A DNA stretch of 64,000 nucleotides from Auanema rhodensis (lineage: Eukaryota > Animalia > Nematoda): contig OZ059900.1 in the NCBI GenBank assembly GCA_964057225.1, positions 930,001 to 994,000 on the forward strand, given 5' to 3'. The position numbers and the translations under genes were made by a program. Each line of letters starts with the position of its first letter. Position 1 is the first letter of the stretch. The notes beneath the pieces were generated by a model. It did not search any database, was not told where the DNA came from, and saw nothing but the letters and a program-made list of their open reading frames with translations. Below, one piece after another: positions 43,801 through 55,500 of the stretch.

Positions 43801-46800
43801 ATATATAAGATCAAAAGCATAGTTTTATTGTCTATAACAACAAAAGTCATCAATTAAACGCTAGTGATGTTTAAATACTGAATTTCGCTCAAATAGCATT
43901 ACTACACTAAGTATGGTCGTTTTTATGCCTTTAACACCATATACTCACCGATTTTTGGTACAAAATCTGTAATACTCGTAATTTTTGATCATATTCGTTA
44001 AGATTTGAGAATCAAACATACAATACAAAAAATCAGTCTATTTTTATGAGCTTGCACTGATATATATTCATTTTGATCAAAAAAGGTCGAAAATAGAAAG
44101 AATTTTTGAAATTTCCGAGTTTTGAGTCTAATTTGGCTAAATCGCTCATATATATGATCAAAAGCATAGTTTTACTGTCTATGATAACAAAAGTCTTCAA
44201 ATATACACTAATAATGATTAAATCACTGAATTTCAGTCAAATAGCATTACTACACTAAGTATGGTCGTTTTTATGCCTTTAACACCATATACTCACCGAT
44301 TTTTGGTACAAAATCTGTAATACTTGTAAATTTCGATCATATTTGTTAAGATTCGAGAATCAAACACATAATACACGAAATAAGTCTATTTTTACAAGTT
44401 TGCACTGATATTTATTCATTTTGATCAAAAAAGGTCGAAAATAGAAAGAATTTTTGAAATTTCCGAGTTTTGAGTCCAATTTGGCTAAATCGCTCATATA
44501 TATGATCAGAAGCATAGTTTTATTGTCTATGACAACAAAAATCATCAATTAAACGCTAGTGATGTTTAAATACTGATTTTCGCTCAAATAGCATTACTAC
44601 ACTAAGTATGGTCGTTTTTATGCCTTTAACACCATATACTCACCGATTTTTGGTACAAAATCTGTAATACTTGTAAATTTCGATCATATTTGTTAAGATT
44701 CGAGAATCAAACACATAATACACGAAATAAGTCTATTTTTACAAGTTTGCACTGATATTTATTCATTTTGATCAAAAAAGGTCGAAAATAGAAAGAATTT
44801 TTGAAATTTCCGAGTTTTGAGTCCAATTTGGCTAAATCGCTCATATATATGATCAGAAGCATAGTTTTATTGTCTATGACAACAAAAATCATCAATTAAA
44901 CGCTAGTGATGTTTAAATACTGATTTTCGCTCAAATAGCATTACTACACTAAGTATGGTCGTTTTTATGCCTTTAACACCATATACTCACCGATTTTTGG
45001 TACAAAATCTGTAATACTCGTAAATTTTGATCATATTCGTTAAGATTTGAGAATCAAACATACAATACAAAAAATCAGTCGATTTTTATGAGCTTGCACT
45101 GATATATATTCATTTTGATCAAAAAAGGTCGAAAATAGAAAGAATTTTTGAAATTTCCGAGTTTTGAGTCTAATTTGGCTAAATCGCTCATATATATGAT
45201 CAAAAGCATAGTTTTACTGTCTATGATAACAAAAGTCTTCAAATATACACTAATAATGATTAAATCACTGAATTTCAGTCAAATAGCATTACTACACTAA
45301 GTATGGTCGTTTTTATGCCTTTAACACCATATACTCACCGATTTTTGGTACAAAATCTGTAATACTTGTAAATTTTGATCATATTTGTTAAGATTCGAGA
45401 ATCAAACACATAATACACGAAATAAGTCTATTTTTACAAGTTTGCACTGATATTTATTCATTTTGATCAAAAAAGGTCGAAAATAGAAAGAATTTTTGAA
45501 GTTTCCGAGTTTTGAGTCCAATTTGGCTAAATCGCTCATATATAAGATCAAAAGCATAGTTTTATTGTCTATAACAACAAAAGTCATCAATTAAACGCTA
45601 GTGATGTTTAAATACTGAATTTCGCTCAAATAGCATTACTACACTAAGTATGGTCGTTTTTATGCCTTTAACACCATATACTCACCGATTTTTGGTACAA
45701 AATCTGTAATACTCGTAAATTTTGATCATATTCGTTAAGATTTGAGAATCAAACATACAATACAAAAAATCAGTCTATTTTTATGAGCTTGCACTGATAT
45801 ATATTCATTTTGATCAAAAAAGGTCGAAAATAGAAAGAATTTTTGAAATTTCCGAGTTTTGAGTCTAATTTGGCTAAATCGCTCATATATATGATCAAAA
45901 GCATAGTTTTACTGTCTATGATAACAAAAGTCTTCAAATATACACTAATAATGATTAAATCACTGAATTTCAGTCAAATAGCATTACTACACTAAGTATG
46001 GTCGTTTTTATGCCTTTAACACCATATACTCACCGATTTTTGGTACAAAATCTGTAATACTTGTAAATTTTGATCATATTTGTTAAGATTCGAGAATCAA
46101 ACACATAATACACGAAATAAGTCTATTTTTACAAGTTTGCACTGATATTTATTCATTTTGATCAAAAAAGGTCGAAAATAGAAAGAATTTTTGAAGTTTC
46201 CGAGTTTTGAGTCCAATTTGGCTAAATCGCTCATATATAAGATCAAAAGCATAGTTTTATTGTCTATAACAACAAAAGTCATCAATTAAACGCTAGTGAT
46301 GTTTAAATACTGAATTTCGCTCAAATAGCATTACTACACTAAGTATGGTCGTTTTTATGCCTTTAACACCATATACTCACCGATTTTTGGTACAAAATCT
46401 GTAATACTCGTAAATTTTGATCATATTCGTTAAGATTTGAGAATCAAACATACAATACAAAAAATCAGTCTATTTTTATGAGCTTGCACTGATATATATT
46501 CATTTTGATCAAAAAAGGTCGAAAATAGAAAGAATTTTTGAAATTTCCGAGTTTTGAGTCTAATTTGGCTAAATCGCTCATATATATGATCAAAAGCATA
46601 GTTTTACTGTCTATGATAACAAAAGTCTTCAAATATACACTAATAATGATTAAATCACTGAATTTCAGTCAAATAGCATTACTACACTAAGTATGGTCGT
46701 TTTTATGCCTTTAACACCATATACTCACCGATTTTTGGTACAAAATCTGTAATACTTGTAAATTTTGATCATATTTGTTAAGATTCGAGAATCAAACACA

Positions 46801-49800
46801 TAATACACGAAATAAGTCTATTTTTACAAGTTTGCACTGATATTTATTCATTTTGATCAAAAAAGGTCGAAAATAGAAAGAATTTTTGAAGTTTCCGAGT
46901 TTTGAGTCCAATTTGGCTAAATCGCTCATATATAAGATCAAAAGCATAGTTTTATTGTCTATAACAACAAAAGTCAACAATTGAACGCTAGTGATGTTTA
47001 AATACTGAATTTCGCTCAAATAGCATTACTACACTAAGTATGGTCGTTTTTATGCCTTTAACACCATATACTCACCGATTTTTGGTACAAAATCTGTAAT
47101 ACTCGTAAATTTTGATCATATTCGTTAAGATTTGAGAATCAAACATACAATACAAAAAATCAGTCTATTTTTATGAGCTTGCACTGATATATATTCATTT
47201 TGATCAAAAAAGGTCGAAAATAGAAAGAATTTTTGAAATTTCCGAGTTTTGAGTCTAATTTGGCTAAATCGCTCATATATATGATCAAAAGCAAAGTTTT
47301 ACTGTCTATGATAACAAAAGTCTTCAAATATACACTAATAATGATTAAATCACTGAATTTCAGTCAAATAGCATTACTACACTAAGTATGGTCGTTTTTA
47401 TGCCTTTAACACCATATACTCACCGATTTTTGGTACAAAATCTGTAATACTTGTAAATTTTGATCATATTTGTTAAGATTCGAGAATCAAACACATAATA
47501 CACGAAATAAGTCTATTTTTACAAGTTTGCACTGATATTTATTCATTTTGATCAAAAAAGGTCGAAAATAGAAAGAATTTTTGAAATTTCCGAGTTTTGA
47601 GTCCAATTTGGCTAAATCGCTCATATATAAGATCAAAAGCATAGTTTTATTGTCTATAACAACAAAAGTCATCAATTAAACGCTAGTGATGTTTAAATAC
47701 TGAATTTCGCTCAAATAGCATTACTACACTAAGTATGGTCGTTTTTATGCCTTTAACACCATATACTCACCGATTTTTGGTACAAAATCTGTAATACTTG
47801 TAAATTTCGATCATATTTGTTAAGATTCGAGAATCAAACACATAATACACGAAATAAGTCTATTTTTACAAGTTTGCACTGATATTTATTCATTTTGATC
47901 AAAAAAGGTCGAAAATAGAAAGAATTTTTGAAATTTCCGAGTTTTGAGTCCAATTTGGCTAAATCGCTCATATATATGATCAGAAGCATAGTTTTATTGT
48001 CTATGACAACAAAAATCATCAATTAAACGCTAGTGATGTTTAAATACTGATTTTCGCTCAAATAGCATTACTACACTAAGTATGGTCGTTTTTATGCCTT
48101 TAACACCATATACTCACCGATTTTTGGTACAAAATCTGTAATACTCGTAAATTTTGATCATATTCGTTAAGATTTGAGAATCAAACATACAATACAAAAA
48201 ATCAGTCTATTTTTATGAGCTTGCACTGATATATATTCATTTTGATCAAAAAAGGTCGAAAATAGAAAGAATTTTTGAAATTTCCGAGTTTTGAGTCTAA
48301 TTTGGCTAAATCGCTCATATATATGATCAAAAGCATAGTTTTACTGTCTATGATAACAAAAGTCTTCAAATATACACTAATAATGATTAAATCACTGAAT
48401 TTCAGTCAAATAGCATTACTACACTAAGTATGGTCGTTTTTATGCCTTTAACACCATATACTCACCGATTTTTGGTACAAAATCTGTAATACTTGTAAAT
48501 TTTGATCATATTTGTTAAGATTCGAGAATCAAACACATAATACACGAAATAAGTCTATTTTTACAAGTTTGCACTGATATTTATTCATTTTGATCAAAAA
48601 AGGTCGAAAATAGAAAGAATTTTTGAAGTTTCCGAGTTTTGAGTCCAATTTGGCTAAATCGCTCATATATAAGATCAAAAGCATAGTTTTATTGTCTATA
48701 ACAACAAAAGTCATCAATTAAACGCTAGTGATGTTTAAATACTGAATTTCGCTCAAATAGCATTACTACACTAAGTATGGTCGTTTTTATGCCTTTAACA
48801 CCATATACTCACCGATTTTTGGTACAAAATCTGTAATACTCGTAAATTTTGATCATATTCGTTAAGATTTGAGAATCAAACATACAATACAAAAAATCAG
48901 TCTATTTTTATGAGCTTGCACTGATATATATTCATTTTGATCAAAAAAGGTCGAAAATAGAAAGAATTTTTGAAATTTCCGAGTTTTGAGTCTAATTTGG
49001 CTAAATCGCTCATATATATGATCAAAAGCATAGTTTTACTGTCTATGATAACAAAAGTCTTCAAATATACACTAATAATGATTAAATCACTGAATTTCAG
49101 TCAAATAGCATTACTACACTAAGTATGGTCGTTTTTATGCCTTTAACACCATATACTCACCGATTTTTGGTACAAAATCTGTAATACTTGTAAATTTTGA
49201 TCATGTTTGTTAAGATTCGAGAATCAAACACATAATACACAAAATAAGTCTATTTTTACAAGTTTGCACTGATATTTATTCATTTTGATCAAAAAAGGTC
49301 GAAAATAGAAAGAATTTTTGAAGTTTCCGAGTTTTGAGTCCAATTTGGCTAAATCGCTCATATATAAGATCAAAAGCATAGTTTTATTGTCTATAACAAC
49401 AAAAGTCATCAATTAAACGCTAGTGATGTTTAAATACTGAATTTCGCTCAAATAGCATTACTACACTAAGTATGGTCGTTTTTATGCCTTTAACACCATA
49501 TACTCACCGATTTTTGGTACAAAATCTGTAATACTCGTAAATTTTGATCATATTCGTTAAGATTTGAGAATCAAACATACAATACAAAAAATCAGTCTAT
49601 TTTTATGAGCTTGCACTGATATATATTCATTTTGATCAAAAAAGGTCGAAAATAGAAAGAATTTTTGAAATTTCCGAGTTTTGAGTCTAATTTGGCTAAA
49701 TCGCTCATATATATGATCAAAAGCATAGTTTTACTGTCTATGATAACAAAAGTCTTCAAATATACACTAATAATGATTAAATCACTGAATTTCAGTCAAA

Positions 49801-50179
49801 TAGCATTACTACACTAAGTATGGTCGTTTTTATGCCTTTAACACCATATACTCACCGATTTTTGGTACAAAATCTGTAATACTTGTAAATTTTGATCATA
49901 TTTGTTAAGATTCGAGAATCAAACACATAATACACGAAATAAGTCTATTTTTACAAGTTTGCACTGATATTTATTCATTTTGATCAAAAAAGGTCGAAAA
50001 TAGAAAGAATTTTTGAAATTTCCGAGTTTTGAGTCCAATTTGGCTAAATCGCTCATATATAAGATCAAAAGCATAGTTTTATTGTCTATAACAACAAAAG
50101 TCATCAATTAAACGCTAGTGATGTTTAAATACTGAATTTCGCTCAAATAGCATTACTACACTAAGTATGGTCGTTTTTA
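25886..50179 (+). repeat. Homogeneous satellite domain, part 2 (A/B/C monomers, dimer/pentamer/heptamer higher-order repeats)
   Basis: Same three diagnostic haplotypes as part 1; A starts at 36369, 38106, 39843 (period 1737). Confidence 0.95.
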
Positions 50180-50225
50180 ATCGGTGAGTATATGGTGTTA
50201 AAGGCATAAAAACGAAAACATCACT
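50168..50225. other. Inversion junction (forward to inverted) followed by a 44-bp deletion in the inverted arm
   Basis: Reads tggtcgtttttaatcggtgag...aaaaacga|aaacatcac; ccatacttagtgtagtaatgctatttgagcgaaaatcagtattt is missing. Confidence 0.92.
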
Positions 50226-52569
50226 AGCGTTTAATTGATGACTTTTGTTGTTATAGACAATAAAACTATGCTTTTGATCTTATATATGAGCGATTTAGCC
50301 AAATTAGACTCAAAACTCGGAAATTTCAAAAATTCTTTCTATTTTCGACCTTTTTTGATCAAAATGAATAAATATCAGTGCAAACTCATAAAAATAGACT
50401 TATTTCGTGTATTATGTGTTTGATTCTCGAATCTTAACGAATATGATCAAAATTTACAAGTATTACAGATTTTGTACCAAAAATCGGTGAGTATATGGTG
50501 TTAAAGGCATAAAAACCACCATACTTAGTGTAGTAATGCTATTTGAGCGAAATTTAGTGATTTAAACATTATTAGTGTTTAATTAATGACTTTTGTTGTC
50601 ATAGACAATAAAACTATGCTTCTGATCATATATATGAGCGATTTAGCCAAATTAGACTCAAAACTCGTAAATTTCAAAAATTCTTTCTATTTTCGACCTT
50701 TTTTGATCAAAATGAATATATATCAGTGCAAGCTCATAAAAATAGACTGATTTTGTGTACTGTATGTTTGATTCTCAAATCTTAACGAATATGATCAAAA
50801 TTTACAAGTATTACAGATTTTGTACCAAAAATCGGTGAGTATATGGTGTTAAAGGCATAAAAACGACCATACTTAGTGTAGTAATGCTATTTGAGCGAAA
50901 TTCAGTATTAAAACATCACTAGCGTTTAATTGAAGACTTTTGTTGTTATAGACAATAGAACTATGCTTTTGATCATATATATGAGCGATTTAGCCAAATT
51001 GGACTCAAAACTCGGAAATTTCAAAAATTCTTTCTATTTTCGACCTTTTTTGATCAAAATGAATAAATATCAGTGCAAACTTATAAAAATAGACTTATTT
51101 CGTGTATTATGTGTTTGATTCTCAAATCTTAACGAATATGATCGAAATTTACAAGTATTACAGATTTTGTACCAAAAATCGGTGAGTATATGGTGTTAAA
51201 GGCATAAAAACGACCATACTTAGTGTAGTAATGCTATTTGAGTGAAATTCAGTGATTTAATCATTACTAGTGTATATTTGAAGACTTTTGTTATCATAGA
51301 CAGTAAAACTATGCTTTTGATCATATATATGAGCGATTTAGCCCAATTGGACTCAAAACTCGGAAAATTCAAAAATTCTTTCTATTTTCGACCTTTTTTG
51401 ATCAAAATGAATAAATATCAGTGCAAACTCGTGAAAATAAACTCATTTCGTGTATTGTGTGTTTGATTCTCGAATCTTAACGAATATGATCGAAATTTAC
51501 GAGTATCACAGATTTTGTACCAAAAATCGGTGAGTATATGGTGTTGAAGGTATAAAAACGACCATACTTAGTGTAGTAATGCTATTTGAGCGAAAATCAG
51601 TATTTAAACATCATTAGTGTTTAATTAATGACTTTTGTTGTCATAGACAATAAAACTATGCTTCTGATCATATATATGAGCGATTTAGCCAAATTAGACT
51701 CAAAACTCGTAAATTTCAAAAATTCTTTCTATTTTCGACCTTTTTTGATCAAAATGAATATATATCAGTGCAAGCTCATAAAAATAGACTGATTTTGTGT
51801 ACTGTATGTTTGATTCTCAAATCTTAACGAATATGATCAAAATTTACAAGTATTACAGATTTTGTACCAAAAATCGGTGAGTATATGGTGTTAAAGGCAT
51901 AAAAACGACCATACTTAGTGTAGTAATGCTATTTGAGCGAAATTCAGTATTAAAACATCACTAGCGTTTAATTGAAGACTTTTGTTGTTATAGACAATAG
52001 AACTATGCTTTTGATCATATATATGAGCGATTTAGCCAAATTGGACTCAAAACTCGGAAATTTCAAAAATTCTTTCTATTTTCGACCTTTTTTGATCAAA
52101 ATGAATAAATATCAGTGCAAACTTATAAAAATAGACTTATTTCGTGTATTATGTGTTTGATTCTCAAATCTTAACGAATATGATCGAAATTTACAAGTAT
52201 TACAGATTTTGTACCAAAAATCGGTGAGTATATGGTGTTAAAGGCATAAAAACGACCATACTTAGTGTAGTAATGCTATTTGAGTGAAATTCAGTGATTT
52301 AATCATTACTAGTGTATATTTGAAGACTTTTGTTATCATAGACAGTAAAACTATGCTTTTGATCATATATATGAGCGATTTAGCCCAATTGGACTCAAAA
52401 CTCGGAAAATTCAAAAATTCTTTCTATTTTCGACCTTTTTTGATCAAAATGAATAAATATCAGTGCAAACTCGTGAAAATAAACTCATTTCGTGTATTGT
52501 GTGTTTGATTCTCGAATCTTAACGAATATGATCGAAATTTACGAGTATCACAGATTTTGTATTTGTACC
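50179..52569 (-). repeat. Inverted satellite block 3 (7 monomers of diverged-domain type) at the domain boundary
   Basis: Switch at ggtcgttttta/atcggtgag (50179) and return at tttgtacc/gatttttggtac (about 52567-52569). ORFs on + for 50235-52508. Confidence 0.97.
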
Positions 52570-52590
52570 GATTTTTGGTACAAAATCTGT
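52551..52590. other. Inversion junction (inverted to forward): fold-back hairpin with 7-nt loop and tttgta-tttgta duplication
   Basis: Reads cagattttgta-tttgtacc-gattttt-ggtacaaa-atctgt. Its reverse complement occurs at 21151-21189 and 25866-25904; a truncated same-strand copy occurs at 20883-20907 and 25598-25622. Confidence 0.92.
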
Positions 52591-55500
52591 AATACTTGTA
52601 AATTTTGATCATATTCGTTAAGATTCGAGAATCAAACACATAATACACGAAATAAGTCTATTTTTATGAGTTTGCACTGATATTTATTCATTTTGATCAA
52701 AAAAGGTCGAAAATAGAAAGAATTTTTGAAATTTCCTAGTTTTGAGTCTAATTTGGCTAAATCGCTCATATATATGATCAGAAGCATAGTTTTATTGTCT
52801 ATGACAACAAAAATCATCAATTAAACGCTAGTGATGTTTAAATACTGATTTTCGCTCAAATAGCATTACTAGACTAAGTATGGTCGTTTTTATGCCTTTA
52901 ACACCATATACTCACCGATTTTTGGTACAAAATCTGTGATACTCGTAAATTTCGATCATATTCGTTAAGATTCGAGAATCAAACACACAATACACGAAAT
53001 GAGTTTATTTTCACGAGTTTGCACTGATATTTATTCATTTTGATCAAAAAAGGTCGAAAATAGAAAGAATTTTTGAATTTTCCGAGTTTTGAGTCCAATT
53101 GGGCTAAATCGCTCATATATATGATCAAAAGCATAGTTTTACTGTCTATGATAACAAAAGTCTTCAAATATACACTAGTAATGATTAAATCACTGAATTT
53201 CACTCAAATAGCATTACTACACTAAGTATGGTCGTTTTTATGCCTTTAACACCATATACTCACCGATTTTTGGTACAAAATCTGTAATACTTGTAAATTT
53301 CGATCATATTCGTTAAGATTTGAGAATCAAACACATAATACACGAAATAAGTCTATTTTTATAAGTTTGCACTGATATTTATTCATTTTGATCAAAAAAG
53401 GTCGAAAATAGAAAGAATTTTTGAAATTTCCGAGTTTTGAGTCCAATTTGGCTAAATCGCTCATATATATGATCAAAAGCATAGTTCTATTGTCTATAAC
53501 AACAAAAGTCTTCAATTAAACGCTAGTGATGTTTTAATACTGAATTTCGCTCAAATAGCATTACTACACTAAGTATGGTCGTTTTTATGCCTTTAACACC
53601 ATATACTCACCGATTTTTGGTACAAAATCTGTAATACTTGTAAATTTTGATCATATTCGTTAAGATTTGAGAATCAAACATACAGTACACAAAATCAGTC
53701 TATTTTTATGAGCTTGCACTGATATATATTCATTTTGATCAAAAAAGGTCGAAAATAGAAAGAATTTTTGAAATTTACGAGTTTTGAGTCTAATTTGGCT
53801 AAATCGCTCATATATATGATCAGAAGCATAGTTTTATTGTCTATGACAACAAAAGTCATTAATTAAACACTAATAATGTTTAAATCACTAAATTTCGCTC
53901 AAATAGCATTACTACACTAAGTATGGTGGTTTTTATGCCTTTAACACCATATACTCACCGATTTTTGGTACAAAATCTGTAATACTTGTAAATTTTGATC
54001 ATATTCGTTAAGATTCGAGAATCAAACACATAATACACGAAATAAGTCTATTTTTATGAGTTTGCACTGATATTTATTCATTTTGATCAAAAAAGGTCGA
54101 AAATAGAAAGAATTTTTGAAATTTCCGAGTTTTGAGTCTAATTTGGCTAAATCGCTCATATATATGATCAGAAGCATAGTTTTATTGTCTATGACAACAA
54201 AAATCATCAATTAAACGCTAGTGATGTTTAAATACTGATTTTCGCTCAAATAGCATTACTACACTAAGTATGGTCGTTTTTATGCCTTTAACACCATATA
54301 CTCACCGATTTTTGGTACAAAATCTGTAATACTTGTAAATTTTGATCATATTCGTTAAGATTTGAGAATCAAACATACAATACACAAAATCAGTCTATTT
54401 TTATGAGCTTGCACTGATATATATTCATTTTGATCAAAAAAGGTCGAAAATAGAAAGAATTTTTGAAATTTCCGAGTTTTGAGTCCAATTTGGCTAAATC
54501 GCTCATATATATGATCAAAAGCATAGTTTTATTGTCTATAACAACAAAAGTCATCAATTAAACGCTAGTGATGTTTTAATACTGAATTTCGCTCAAATAG
54601 CATTACTACACTAAGTATGGTCGTTTTTATGCCTTTAACACCATATACTCACCGATTTTTGGTACAAAATCTTTGATACTCGTAAATTTTGATCATATTC
54701 GGTGAGATTCGAGAATCAAACACTCAATACACGAAACAAGTTTATTTTGACGAGTTTGCACTGATATTTATTCATTTTGATCAAAAAAGGTCGAAAATAG
54801 AAAGATTTTTTGAAATTTACGAGTTTTGAGTCTAATTTGGCTAAATCGCTCATATATATGATCAGAAGCATAGTTTTATTGTCTATGACAACAAAAATCA
54901 TCAATTAAACGCTAGTGATGTTTAAATACTGATTTTCGCTCAAATAGCATTACTACACTAAGTATGGTCGTTTTTATGCCTTTAACACCATATACTCACC
55001 GATTTTTGGTACAAAATCTGTAATACTTGTAAATTTTGATCATATTCGTTAAGATTTGAGAATCAAACATACAATACACAAAATCAGTCTATGTTTATGA
55101 GCTTGCACTGATATATATTCATTTTGATCAAAAAAGGTCGAAAATAGAAAGAATTTTTGAAATTTCCGAGTTTTGAGTCTAATTTGGCTAAATCGCTCAT
55201 ATATATGATCAGAAGCATAGTTTTATTGTCTATGACAACAAAAATCATCAATTAAACGCTAGTGATGTTTAAATACTGATTTTCGCTCAAATAGCATTAC
55301 TACACTAAGTATGGTCGTTTTTATGCCTTTAACACCATATACTCACCGATTTTTGGTACAAAATCTGTAATACTTGTAAATTTTGATCATATTCGTTAAG
55401 ATTCGAGAATCAAACACATAATACACGAAATAAGTCTATTTTTACAAGTTTGCACTGATATTTATTCATTTTGATCAAAAAAGATCGAAAATAGAAAGAA

